A stretch of DNA of 64,000 nt, taken from assembly GCF_009914755.1 (NCBI RefSeq), contig NC_060944.1, one strand, 5' to 3'. Of the stretch, positions 36,100 through 49,930 are shown piece by piece (the stretch's first letter is position 1; each line of letters starts with the position of its first letter). A program made the translations under genes and the position numbers. This DNA is from the human T2T-CHM13v2.0 reference genome, Homo sapiens. The notes beneath the pieces are model-generated. The model made no database searches. It was not told the DNA's origin and saw only the letters and a list, made by a program, of their open reading frames with translations.

Positions 36100-36686
36100 A
36101 GATCTGGCCTGTGGCCCGGCGCAGCAAAAGCTGGGAAAATGCCAGTGACTCAACCCAGTTCCATTGATCAGTGAAATGGAAATCGGGGACTCTGTGTTTC
36201 AACCCCAGTCAGCCAGCCCACAGCCAGGGTCCAGGTGGCAGCCTCAGCTCCTGGCCTCAGTGGCTGTCAGTAGAATGGGTTGGGGAGCCAGCCTCCAGCG
36301 GTCTCACATAGCAGGCAGGCAGTGCAGCCTGGAGCCCAGCCAGGGGACGCAGGAATCCTTTCTGCTTTTTAAGGACAGACTTTGCTTTACCACAGCAGTC
36401 GCTCTTGGGGCCACACGGAAAGCCACCACTGAGTTTACTATAAAGTGACAGAGGCTGGTGTCTCTAGGAGAATGAGGAATAGTCACTTCCTGCCTTTGTC
36501 CATTAGCGCCGACCAACGCGACCAGCTCCGTTTACATTCTTTCAGTGGTGTTGTTGAAAGGGCTTGGCAGCTCCCAAATGTTTGCAGTGTCCTTAGTCCT
36601 ATGAGGGCTGCCTTCTTCTTCTTCTTCTTCTTTTTTTTTTTTTTTTTTGCTAGCTTTTAGCTAGTATCTGGAAACATCTACTGGAC
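36100..36686 (+). promoter_or_regulatory. RIN2: Putative internal promoter / 5'UTR of the long RIN2 isoform
   Basis: Non-repetitive sequence directly upstream of ATG 36687, with AP-1 TGACTCA (36146-36152), TATA-like TATAAAG (36439-36445), ETS-like CACTTCCTG (36484-36492) and retained CpGs. Confidence 0.55.
36612..36648 (+). repeat. (CTT)n(T)n pyrimidine STR
   Basis: Read directly; followed by three AG/TAG sites at 36651, 36658 and 36662. Confidence 0.95.
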
Positions 36687-36797
36687 ATGTTGGACTCATT
36701 TTCTCAAGAATCCACTTTACCCTTCAGGGAAGCCAGGAAAAGAACAAGCTTCCAACCGGTACAAGTCTGGAGGAATTTCACAGCCTCTCAAACTACG
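36687..36797 (+). CDS. RIN2: RIN2 long-isoform first coding exon (37 codons, MLDSFSQESTLPFREARKRTSFQPVQVWRNFTASQTT)
   Basis: ATG at 36687, 111-nt open frame, donor ACG|gtaccc at 36798. Splices in phase 0 into 39581 and matches the recalled N-terminal extension of the long RIN2 isoform. Not in the ORF track. Confidence 0.88.
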
Positions 36798-37043
36798 GTA
36801 CCCTTTTTGTTTCTTAGTCTAGCCTGTTACTGGGATGGTTTTAGGATGAAGCTGCTGGGGTGACATCTGTGGGGAGGCATGGGGAAGCGCAGGTGAAGAG
36901 AAGTTATCGTTTTAAATGGTATTAAATTGCTGTCAATATTGAGTCAAGGTGTCTAAGGTTATGGTTTGGGGAAGAAAACTATAGCTAACTATAGCTACTA
37001 CAGAAAGATCTTAAACCAGAACTCTTTTGGGGCCCTGAAGAAC

Positions 37044-37330
37044 TTTTTTTTTTTTCTTTCGAGACAGAGTGTTACTCTGTCGCTCAGGCCAAAGTGCAGT
37101 GGTGCGATCATGGCTCACTGCAGCCTCAATCTCCTGGGCTCAAGTGATCCTCCCTCCTGAGTAGCTGGGACTACAGGAGCATGCCACCATGCCCATCTAT
37201 TTTTTTTTTTTTAATTTTTTTTAGAGACAGGGTCTCGCTATGTTGCCCAGACTAGTCTCAAACTGCTGGATTCAAGTGATTCTCCTGCCTTGGCTTCCCA
37301 AAATGCTGGTCATGAGCCACTGCACAGACC
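37044..37330 (-). mobile_element. Alu (AluJ-like)
   Basis: Antisense dimer; aagaacttt flanks both sides. Confidence 0.9.
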
Positions 37331-39580
37331 AAGAACTTTGTTTTTCTGGCCAAGGACTTTATTTTTTAAAATAATAATAAGCTATGTACTGTCTGCTTGA
37401 ACTATTGGATGGCCACCAGCATTTAATCCCATGGGATGTACCTGCTGCTGCACCTGGCAGTGTGTTCCTGTCACCTGCTCTCATTTCCCTCTTGGAGCAG
37501 CTTATGAAGGAGAGATGCCACCTGCATCTTTTGAAATGTGATGGATCTGCCTGCCCTGAGCAGAATTCAAACTGGATGGTGAATTGAGGACTGCTGGAGG
37601 TTAAAGGGTACACATGAAGTTTTCAGGCAGCTAATTAAAATAAACTAGTACATTTCTGGAACCTAAACTGCTCCAATGCTGTAGGCAAAATTCCCTGTCT
37701 GCCCTGGCTCATCAGAAAGAGTTTGTATATGGAAAACTTCAGAACAGAACAAAGGAACTTAAGTCTGGATGAGGAATGAAGTCTTGGCTCTCGTTTAGCA
37801 ATTCCTGAACTGCCAGGTGACATCAAATCCCCTGCCGAAGAAATGTCTGAAATAAAAAGAATTCCAGACATTAGGCCTGGTTTAAAACAGGGTATGCTTT
37901 TTTATTTGTGTGCTTCTGGGTCTAAACAGGTCATGGTTTGCTCCCCAGGGTGACAGTGTGGCTCCCATTCCGTCCCTAGTTCTGAGCATGGCACTGTGAT
38001 TTCTTTCTGGAGTTGCTCCAACCTGTGGCCTTTGCTAATGAGTGATGAACCCCAGAACCTGAACTTCTAGAGTCAGCAAAATTGCACACTGCCTTCTCAG
38101 GAGGTTTCTGGAACATTGGCCTTCATCCCAGCAGGATCACAAGTGGAAAGAAACACAGGGAAGACCCCATCAAATCTTTAAAGTGGCCACAGCACGGAGC
38201 ACTGACACAAAGAGACGATGGTTCTGGAAGGAGGGGTGGGATGCTCTGTGTCATTATTGTTTTCTAGATGGGATTCCGTGCACAGATCATCACAACTCAC
38301 TGTGAGTGCAAGCAGGGGTGTAAATCGTGGGGCCGAAAAAAACCTCTCTGCAAAGATCCTTGCTCACTCACTGATATGCACTTCTCAGCTATAGATTCAT
38401 GCTTTTCCACTTGTTGAAACGTCCCTAAATATCGCCCTCAATGTCCTGTTTGTGTCGCTGGCTTTCTGCCACTCAGCTAATAATGAAACAGCCTCAGTGA
38501 ACCTGCAGCAGCAGCTGCCTTAGCTTCAGTGCCTACCCACCCCTGCAGCTGAACCACTTTGAATATTCCTTGATGGTGCAAGAGACAGTCTCACTATTCC
38601 CTTCACTGGCCTTCCTCTGTGTCCGTCACGGTTGGCATGAGCTACCTCCTGTGCATGTTATGGCGAGAAGGGATGAATGAGGAAAGACAGGGTGGTTTTA
38701 TACTTGATCCTGGGACAGTCACTGGGTAAGGAAGGGTTTGGGGTTGCTCCCCCAGGCCCCCCTCAATGCGTGAAGGCCTGAGCCAGGTCAGCTGGCAGAG
38801 GTGTGTGTATGTTTAACTTAGAACTGAATGTTGAAGGCTTTGTGACCCAAAGGGAAGAATTATTGGGATCTGATGCCCTAGCAGGGGAAATTCCAAGCCC
38901 AAAAAGCTACAGTTAGAATTCAGAACTGTGTTGTTACCCTGCCTCTGAGTTTTCCTCTACGTTCAGCTCCCCTTTTGTGGATGATCGTGAAGCTGTTTAC
39001 ATGTTGTCCTCTTCCGTGAACTGATCCCTGTAAACAGTGACAGGATTTTATCCAAATATTTCTGATTTCTAAGGGAAAAATAGAGCAATTTCTTCCCAGT
39101 GCCCTTCTGTTGACCTTGCCTGGGGGAGAGGCCAGCAGAGCTAAGGATGACCTCACCCCCTTCCAGCAGGATTTCCTGGGATGTACAGAACCTCCTTCTT
39201 CAGCTGTCCCTCTGTGATCAGCCACATTCAATCTATAAACTTCCAGTGCAGATGATGGGGACATCTAATATTGGGTCTGTTCACATTTCAGCAGGAGGTG
39301 AAACACACAAAGTAATCATTAGGCTTCCTGAAGTCCCAAGGACCTTCTACGTCAGCGGCAGAGGTGGGAGGTGGGCTGGCGAGGTGGGGCAGTCTAGGAA
39401 CTGCGCTGGTGGGGACAGGAAATTGGGCTGAAGGGAGATGTAAGGCCTTGGTGGGAAATAAATGGCACTGTGTTGTTGACGGAAAAAGATCTTGGCAGGA
39501 CTGTTGTTGTGAGTGTTCTGTGGCTTAGAAAGGAATTTCCTACAGGCTGGACTAACCATTAAAAATGTCTCTACCTTCAG

Positions 39581-39673
39581 GAGTCCCCGGCGTGCAGTGG
39601 AGCCTCGCTGGGGGAAATGACAGCTTGGACCATGGGCGCCCGCGGTCTGGACAAGCGAGGAAGTTTCTTTAAG
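39581..39673 (+). CDS. RIN2: RIN2 coding exon (93 nt; ESPACSGASLGE MTAWTMGARGLDKRGSFFK); short isoform starts at ATG 39617
   Basis: Branch point-like ACTAAC at 39551-39556, acceptor ctctaccttcag|G, donor AAG|gtaaaa at 39674. MTAWTMGARGLDKRGSFFK is the recognised RIN2 N-terminus; the patch is locally CpG-rich. Confidence 0.95.
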
Positions 39674-40066
39674 GTAAAAGGAAGCCTTGATTGGGATCTC
39701 AACTCGTCGGCTTGCTGCCTGAGCCTGGGAGCTGCGGTGCTCCATGGAGCTGCTGAGGGAAGTCTGCTCTCTGAGCCAGCACCGGCTAAGGGAGCTTGCC
39801 CGAGCCCAGCTGCTGATTGTTACCAGGGCTTATAACAGGTTGCGGGGTCTGTGATTTAGTGCTTTCATACAGGCACAGGACTCGGGCACGGAGAGGGGCC
39901 GTGCTGTGCAAGACGGCTGAGGCTGTCTTTATTTGAGAGCTGCTCAGTTTGTCCTTTTTCAGCTGCAGGGTTTTATGGTGGAAGCTGTACTTTGCTTTCC
40001 AGTGAATCAATGCTGTCGTCCATGTGTTCTCTCCTTGGCTTGTTTGTATGAATCACTGAAGGGCTC

Positions 40067-40103
40067 CAAAACAAACAAACAAACAAACAAACAAACAAAA
40101 AAC
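40067..40103 (+). repeat. (AAAC)n microsatellite
   Basis: Read directly. Confidence 0.9.
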
Positions 40104-40674
40104 AGCTTCCTGGACCGCACCTTAGAATGATGAAATATTATTTTCTGGTATATTTTATCAAACATCCCCAAAGGCTTCTTATGATAATGAGGAAGCATGA
40201 TTATAACTGTCTAACTCTTCTGCGTTCATATTGATGTTAATGGGACTAAATTACCTTGCTAGCTTAATGAGATAAGATTTTAAATGGGTGTTTTATGTAC
40301 TCTGTGTGTGTGTATTTAATGAAGACTTGGTGGTCGCTTCTGATTTACACTTGGGAATCAATTCCCCTCTTGTGGCTTTTTGCTTTGTTTCCTTTCATTC
40401 ACCCTCGAATTAAGGCATCCTCAGTATAGAAAATTTTGAAAATACAGAATTATGTTTAAAAAGGTAGAAAAATGGAGGTAAAATATGCACTTGAAATCTG
40501 TCATAGGCAGTGTTCCAACACCAGGTCTTGTCCTCAGAGGAGGAAGACGGAGGAGATTTTATTACCGAGGACAAGTGACTATGTTTAACAATTAACCAAC
40601 CTTTATGGGTTGGAAGTATCTATTAACACTTATTTACATGTTTCCTGTTTCCAAGAGACCAAAACTGATATATT

Positions 40675-41215
40675 GTGTCAACTGTTGACTCTACAAAAAA
40701 AAAAAAAAAAAAAAAAAAAAACCATCAGAAGAACCTGCTGATAAAGCAAAGTTCATGAGATTTACTGAAATAAGGAAGAACATCACCAGGACACAGTCTT
40801 ATTCATGTCTAAGCCAGGGGAGATTAAGAGGCAGATTTATAGGATTCGGGGATCTAGGCCTAAGTCCTTCAAGCTGCATTTTTCAAGGTGGAGAACTAAT
40901 TTGATTTCAGTGACGTCTATGCCACAATAGCTTGGGACTGGTGGATACAGCAAGACTAGGATATTGAAGTGGCTCTTGACAAGTAAACCCTTGTTTGATA
41001 AGTGAGCTGTTTTCCCAGGTGAGCAAATTGCTTGCCAGGACAAATTAGTGTGTAGACATTTCCTGCAACAAACAGTGAAGTTATTTATTGGTTTACAGCC
41101 TTAATTTTCTGGGCAAGAAGATCCTGGAGGAATGAGTTACGTTATGTTGACACAGATGGTCTCAATTATCAATCCTAATAGTTAAGCTTTGTGGACAAAG
41201 TAGTCTCAGTTCTCA
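40675..41215 (-). mobile_element. Probable old ERV LTR (MER90/MER110-like) with an internal poly-A
   Basis: tg...ctcagttctca termini and LTR-like composition; the family call is tentative. Confidence 0.35.
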
Positions 41216-41555
41216 AATGATTTACTCAGTTTTGATCAAACCTGTATAACCTCCACCCATTGGAGGCAAATGAGAGTAAGGAGCTCCTCAAGTCCTCTGT
41301 AGATCAAGAGCTAAGCCCACCAGGTTGCCCAATTGTCATCCTCCAGGTTCCTGAGTTGCATCTGATGCTGAGATATTTATTTCCCCCTGTTAAGAGGGAT
41401 GATCCAAAACCTCTCCTTAACCCAAAGCACTGTCTAGATCAGCCTAAATATTGGCTAGTCCATAATTACCACCTTATGATGGTCAGGAAGCACAGTGGAG
41501 CCGTATCTTACATAGTAGTTAGATTTTAAAGTCAAGGCAAAAGAAGAAAATGGAG

Positions 41556-42680
<1,125 letters not shown>

Positions 42681-43794
42681 TCCTTCCTCTTCCTTCTAGA
42701 CATGGTTATTCTTTGCTGTAACAATTATTCCGTAATTAGTCACCAATATTCACATGTAGTTCTCTGTGAGGAGAAGTGAACTGCCCTTTGGACATTCAGT
42801 ACTGATTCTTTGCAGGTTCATTTGTAACAAGCTGGAGGGGAGTTCGGTGCTGAGATGGATTGTCACCCAGTGGCCACCTTCTGGGACCCACTGGCCCTGC
42901 TCTGACTCACCATGCTTTATTTCAGTTCTCACCTATTAAGCGCCCATGAGCAGCCAAGCTCTGTACATGGCCAGGGAGAGAAAAAGCAGAAGCCACCCCT
43001 AACCTCATGGAGCTTTCAGTCTGGTAGCAAATAAAGATATTAATCAAATAATCACAGCACCAGACACATAATTATAAATCATGTTTTAAAAATGCTTCAT
43101 GGGAGATGTAAAAGGAGCCCTGAGAATATATAACCTAATCTGGGGTTCCAGAGAAATCTTTCCCAAGGAAGCGGACTTCGACTTGAGAGCTGAGGTCGAC
43201 ATTATACCATTTAGGAAGATGGTTGGAGCTAAGTTTTGGAGTGACTCTTGATGCTACCGCAACGCACTTCTCAGCAGATACCAGTGATGCCATACAATTG
43301 GAGAGGATGCTTTCATAAAGCGTGAGGTTTCCTGGTCACATTCTTGGCTCACAGCTGAATTCCACATGAGTATTATCCCTCTCTTGGCTATTAGTGCTCA
43401 CGTGACTTTGTGTAAAGCACAGATAATTGGAAGGCAATCATTGGACCTCTTTTTCATCATTATCCTCCCCATCCAGTTTGTGTTTCTAAGCCAGAGTTGC
43501 TAACCACTAGTAGTTAGCACTACTAGTGATTTGTGGTTTCCCATCTGTCCTGGCTCATGGACATGACTCAGATAGGCTGGAAGACATGAGGTGCGTGGAT
43601 AACACACAGATTATCTGAGCATTCTGGGATCACTGAGATGCCCTGTGGTTACTGTGGAATCGCATCCCAGAAGCTCCGACCACATCCATCCATGCAGATA
43701 AACCCATTTTCCAGGCACTCACAGCACCATTGTTAATTTTCCACAACCATCTGGGAAAAGTGGTATCTTCCTGCTCCACAAAACATATGGCAGA

Positions 43795-44555
43795 GCCGGG
43801 CGCCATGGCTCACACCTGTAAATTGTAGCATTTTGGGAGGGCAAGGTGGGCAGATCACTTGAGGTCAGGAGTTTGAAACCAGCCTGGCCAACATGGTGAA
43901 ACCTGTCTCCACTGAAAATACAAAAATTAGCCAGGTGTGATGATGGGCGCCTGTATTCCCAGCTACTCAGGAGGCTGAGGCAGGAGAATGGCTTGAACCC
44001 AGGAGATGGAGGTTGCACTGAGCCAAGATGGTGCCACCACACTCCAGCCTGGGCAACAGAGCAAGACTGTGTCTCAAAAAACAACAAAAACAACAACAAA
44101 ACACGTGGTGGGGAGAAGGGGTAACACCCTACACATGGTAGCCAAAGTTACCTGCTTTTAAGTAATAAATGTGAACACCTACTGCTATCACATTTCAAAG
44201 GTACATTGAACGAAAGAGTTTGTATAAGAAAGATGTCATCTAGGCTGGGAAAGCTATTGGTAGTCTTGAATTAGGGGCAGAGATGCTCAAAGTTATCTTT
44301 GATCCCCGCTTTCCCTGAATCCCATAGTTACCCCCAAGCCACCCCCACTCTCCCTACCATCCAGGCTCCCAATGCTGGCAAATCCTCCTCTTTAAAAAAT
44401 TTTTTTTAAATTTTTAAATAACTTCTCTTTTTAAAAAAATAGAGATGGATTCTCTGTGTTGTCCAGGCTGGCCTCAAACTCCTAGCTTGAAGCAATCCTC
44501 CTGCTTTGGCTTCCCAAATCCCTGGGATTTCAGGCATGAGCCAGCACCCCTGGCC
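43795..44555. mobile_element. Alu + (43795-44100) and antisense monomer (44425-44555)
   Basis: Alu consensus matches. Confidence 0.9.
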
Positions 44556-46172
44556 TAAATCCTCTTCATGTCTCCAAAGTCCTTGCCTTTCTTTCCTGTC
44601 CTATAACCACCTTTCCTGTCCTATATCCTGTCCTTGCCCTTCTTTCCTATCCTATATCCACTTGGCTATTAGTGCTCATGTGACTTTGTGTAAAGCAGAG
44701 ATAATTGGAAGGCAATCATTGGACCTCTTTTTCGTCATTATCCTCCCCATCCAGTTTAGGTTCTCATTCTTTCATTTGGTTCTCCTTCTTCCATTGTGGG
44801 CATTATAAATGATGCCTATAATCCACCCACACCAACACTGTACATGTTTCTGCTGATCCATGTCACCTGCTTGAAGACCCTGGCTCCTTGCTGGGCACAG
44901 GACCAAGTCTGTACCTTGACATTCAAAGATTTTCAGGCTGTGCTTCCACTTTCCCGGAACTCTTCCTCCACCGGTCCTGCCTCTGCAGCATCGTGAGTCT
45001 CTCCTGGGGTCCAAACCCACCAATCCCTGCCTCCAGCCTTGCCCACCACCCTATCCCTTACCCCTCCCCACCATCAGCCTCCCAACCACCCTTCCAGGCT
45101 TTAGACCCACTTCATCCACTGACAACAGAGCTCACATGGGCTGGGCTGGTATCTTCCTTTAGTTTTGTCTGAAGATCAAACTGTGGGAGAAATGTTATGT
45201 ATGAAGGCCTAGCTGTAGTCTCAATGCAGTGCCAGGAAATAAACTTCAATTCATAACTCTGCCATAAGGGATTTGTTCTTTCCATTTGTCATCACGGCTA
45301 TGATCCTGAGAGGGATCCTCTTATAGCAAAGAATGGTGCCAGAAGAGAACCAGGGTGAATTGTCCGGTCGACAGTTCTAATTTCTTACCGGCATACCTTT
45401 GGGCTTCCTGAGCAAGCCTGCCCTCCCCAGCCTCAAGTGGGTAGAGTACCCCCTTTCTAAGTGGCTGCCTTCTAACCTTCCTTGGCCTCTGGGACAGGGT
45501 GAGAGTTGAGAGTTGCTCTTACTAGACCAAGAAGAAAACATGTTTTAGCTTACAGGGATCCTACCCTCCCGGGCCTCAAAACCACTCATGCTGCAGAAGG
45601 ATCCCTGAACCTAGGTTCACGAACCAACCGGGGTCATTCAAAGGCCCAGCCCAGCAGCAGAGGCCCAACTTGAGAGGCCCTCTTTGGTCATGTCTCACAG
45701 GTTGGATAAGAAGGTGCATCACGATTGTGTTTCAGAAACAGAAAACCTGTCATTATATTTCAGAGAATAACAGAAGAGCTCTCTGACACCACAAAGACTA
45801 GACCTGCGACTAGCTTTGAAGAAACTACATTGCTGAAATCTGGCTATACCGAATAGATGAACCAGTGGGTGATGATTCACTTGACCTCAGCTGAGTTCCC
45901 TCAACTATTGGTCTCTTCTTGGCATTTGAAAAAGTATTCAATTTTCAAAAATTCTGTCTGCCAAGCAAAATTTTTCAATCATTCAGAACTGGTCCAACTG
46001 CACATCTCAGGCCTCAGGGATTCCCAGTAATGGAGTTTTCAGATTTTTTTGTTTCCAGATAAGTGGAAATTCATTCATCTGCATGCACAGTAACAATGTA
46101 CTGTGGACAGAGATTGCAGGGGCATGAAAAATAATGGATAGAATCAAAAACCACATTTTAGTCAGTAATTTC

Positions 46173-46423
46173 TTTTTTTATTTTTTTTATTTTTATTTTT
46201 ATGTTTTTTTGAGACAAAGTCTTGCTCTGTTGCCTAGGCTGGAGTGCAGTGACATGATCTTGGCTCGCGGCAGCCTCCGGCTCCCAGGTTCAATCAATTT
46301 TCCTGCCTCAGCCTCCCAAGTAGCTGGGATTACAGGCATGCGCCACCACACCCAGCTAATTTTTTGTATTTTTAGTAGAGGCGGGGTTTCTCCACGTTGG
46401 CCAGGCTGGCCTCCAACTCCTGC
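46173..46423 (-). mobile_element. 5'-truncated Alu
   Basis: Perfect 14-bp TSD TAGTCAGTAATTTC at 46159-46172 and 46424-46437; lacks about 70 nt at the 5' end. Confidence 0.93.
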
Positions 46424-46774
46424 TAGTCAGTAATTTCATTGAGCAAATCCTTACATGGTTCTCTGGATGCTCAAAAGCCATAGAGATGAATGTTGCCCCC
46501 TTGGCCTCCCAGCAGATCCCCTGGACTGTGAGTAGACGGAACATCACCTGCCCACTGTCCAGTGAGTCCACATCCCCACAATGTATCAGCCCACAGGCCT
46601 CTCAGCACCTTGCAGTGGAAACAGCAGAGCAAGTAGAGATTTAGTCACAGTGACAATTTACTCATAATAGTATTGCAAAGCATGCCTCACACCTGTATCT
46701 GGATGTGTCTTTTGTTTTCCATAAATAAATTCTTCATAGACACTGACACCTGGAGAGGCCTCAGAGCATAGAAA

Positions 46775-47480
46775 CAATAGCACCATAGAAAACAATGTAA
46801 GCCACAGATGTAATTTTAAGCATTCTAGTAGCCACATTTAAAACTTTAAAAGGAAAACAAGTGGAATTAATGTTAATAATATATTGTATTTGGCCTAATA
46901 TATCAAAATATCATCATGTCAACACATGATAGATATAAAAAAGTATTAATCAGATATTTTACATTCTTTTTTGTACCACTTTTTTTATTGACAAAAATGG
47001 TATATATTTATTGTGTACATGTTATTTGAAAACATGTATTATTCCATGTCTTTGAAACCCTGTGTGTATTTTACACTCAGCATGTCTCAATTCAGACCAG
47101 CTACATTTTGTTGTTGTTGTTGTTTTTGAGACAGAGTCTCTCTCTGTCGCCCAGACTGGAGTGTAGTGGAACAATCTCTGCTCACTGCAACCTCCGCCTT
47201 CTGAGTTCAAGTGATTCTCCTGCCTCAGCCTCCTGAGTAGCTGGGATTACAGATGAACCGCCACCATGCCCAGCTAACTTTTTTGGATTTTTAGTAGAGA
47301 CAGAGTTTCACCATGTTGGCCAGGCTGCTCTTTAATTCCTGACCTCAAGTGATCTTCCTGCCTCAGCCTCCTAAAGTTCTGGGATTACAGGTGAGTGTCA
47401 CCGCACCCAGCCAGACCAGCTACATTTTTAAGTGCTCAGTATCCACACGTGGCTGGCAGCTGCCAGACTGGACAGCAAAG
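46775..47480. mobile_element. MER33-like hAT element interrupted by an antisense Alu (47110-47411)
   Basis: tagtagccacatttaaaa...gtggctggcagctgcc..tggacagc; Alu TSD CAGACCAGCTACATTTT at 47093-47109 and 47412-47428. Confidence 0.8.
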
Positions 47481-47720
47481 GTTTAGCTGGTCTAAATCCC
47501 TTCCTTCTACAGATGGGGAAACTGAGGCCCAGTTTAGGCTACAGCAGGGATGGGAGTCAGACCTGATCTGACATTGCTCTGTGGCTTCCTGACCCCACGT
47601 AACCTCCTGCTCTGGTTCTTCTGTGACTGTCTTCCCCCTTTTCCAGCTCCCTCTCCCAGAAAACTCCATCTGAAGAGGTCATAAGAATGGTGGTCTCTCT
47701 CTGCAGGAACTGTTGGCTTC

Positions 47721-48120
<400 letters not shown>

Positions 48121-48739
48121 TGAGCCTATCGAACAGAAATTCCTTTTCATATTTTCAAAAAGCAATGGATCTCATGGTTTTATAAATGGTTTTTCCAGTA
48201 CATTGTGGCCATTCATTTCTGATGCTAACAGCATGTGTCGTTCCAACACATGCTCATCTTCGCCAGGGGACTTCTTTGTTTAAAAATCAGGAGTGAAGCA
48301 GATTGCCCAGGTTCCCCTCAATGATGTATTTCTCCAGGCTTCCTTGTAGCTCTAAGTTTCATATTAGAAGGATACCAAGAAGGAAGATGTAGTTTTGAAG
48401 GACTATTGTGTCAATGTAAAATTTTCAAAAAGTTAAAATATGACTCTTGTACAATATAGAATGAACACCTGCCAAAGCTTTATCTCACCCATTTATGAGG
48501 AAACCAGTAAATAGTAAAACTGGTTCAAAAAATGCTTTGACAAATGATGTATTTGTAGTCAACTTAGAAAGGCAGTCTGTGATAAGTTTGCTGAGTTAAA
48601 ATCCAAACTGGTAACATCCTACAAGGCAATAAAACTGTAACCTTTGGTGTTCTCCCTTTTTACAGAACAGAAATCTGCAGGCTGGTATATAACCTCACTG
48701 TGTCTGATCTCTTCATTAATACCACATAAGTCAAACACA

Positions 48740-49030
48740 GATACATTCCTCTAGACAATTAACTAATCCATAGATAAACTTGTTAAATCACGTGCCAGCA
48801 TGGCAATGAAAGGACAAACTCAAATAAACAAAAAGGCCCTTTCATCTAGAAGTTTTAAAACCCTCTAATAAACAACTCTGGGGTGAAAGCAGAAATACAA
48901 ACTGGAATTACAGAAAAAAATGATACAAAATGATAATCAAAACACTACCTATCAGAATCAATGTTATACATTTAAAGCAGCAATCAGAGGAAAATTCATA
49001 GCACTAAACACTTTTTATCAGAAAAAACAC
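48740..49030 (+). mobile_element. Old L1 ORF2 fragment
   Basis: aacactacctatcagaatc...aaagcagcaatcagaggaaaattcatagcactaaa resembles L1 ORF2. Confidence 0.55.
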
Positions 49031-49445
49031 GCCCCACCTTTTTAATCTATTTCCAAGTCTGAGTGTTTCTTAATAATTACTGCTGAAATGGCTTATTCCC
49101 AGCCACTTCTATTATGCCTCTCCTTTCCTTGTTCCCAAATATCCCCAACCAAGGATTTTTGCCTTAAAAAATCAAATGTCTTCAATGAGGTTGAAGAACT
49201 ATGTGACAGCTAGCTCTATGTTTATTGACTTAAATACTGGTAGAGGATTCCTGGGCTCTTTTTCATGGTGTAAAATCCTCACAGTGACGCTCTTGGTGTT
49301 GCTCTAATCCCTAAACTCAGATATGTACATATATATGTCCAGTGGTCCGAGGTGAATTGGATGGAGAATAATTTCCCAGCATAAAATCTTTCAAATGTCT
49401 TTATGGTGGCATGTAGAAAACCATTTCCACAACATAATCTGAAGC

Positions 49446-49930
49446 TGTACTATCTATTGCTGTGTAACTAATTACCCAAAATCTTAGTGACTTCAAACCG
49501 CAAACATTCATACCTCACATTTTCTGTGGGTCAGAGATCTAAACGCAGTTTAGCTGAGAGCCTCAAGCTCAAGGTCACTATGAGATTTGGGAGGAGTTGG
49601 TGGCCAGGGTCATAGTCTCATCTGAAGGCTTGACTGGTGAGGAATCCACTTACAAACTAACTTGGCAGGTCTCGGTCCATTGTCAAATGGTTCTCTTCAC
49701 AGGGGTGGCCTTAGGACATGGCAGATGGCTTCCTCACATGGCAAATTAAACAGGAGAGAGCAAGAGAGATGGAAGTCACAGTCTTTTTATAACCTACTCT
49801 TGAATGGTACCCCATCACTTCTGCTATATTCTATTCGTTAGAAGCCAGTCAATAAGTCTAGCCTCAGGAGCAATTACTCAAAGGTGTGAATATCAGGCTG
49901 TGGCTTACACTGGGAACATCTTAGGGAGCG
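49446..49930 (-). mobile_element. MaLR LTR (MLT1-like)
   Basis: tatctattgctgtgtaactaattacccaaaatcttagtgactt signature. Confidence 0.7.

Noticed and set aside
39674-39835. Continuation of ORF 39617-39835 beyond FFK
   Set aside because: Intronic read-through after the canonical donor; RIN2 continues LIDTIASE in an exon outside the window.
48360-48620. AT-rich segment that may be a DNA transposon fragment
   Set aside because: I could not identify TIRs or a family with confidence.
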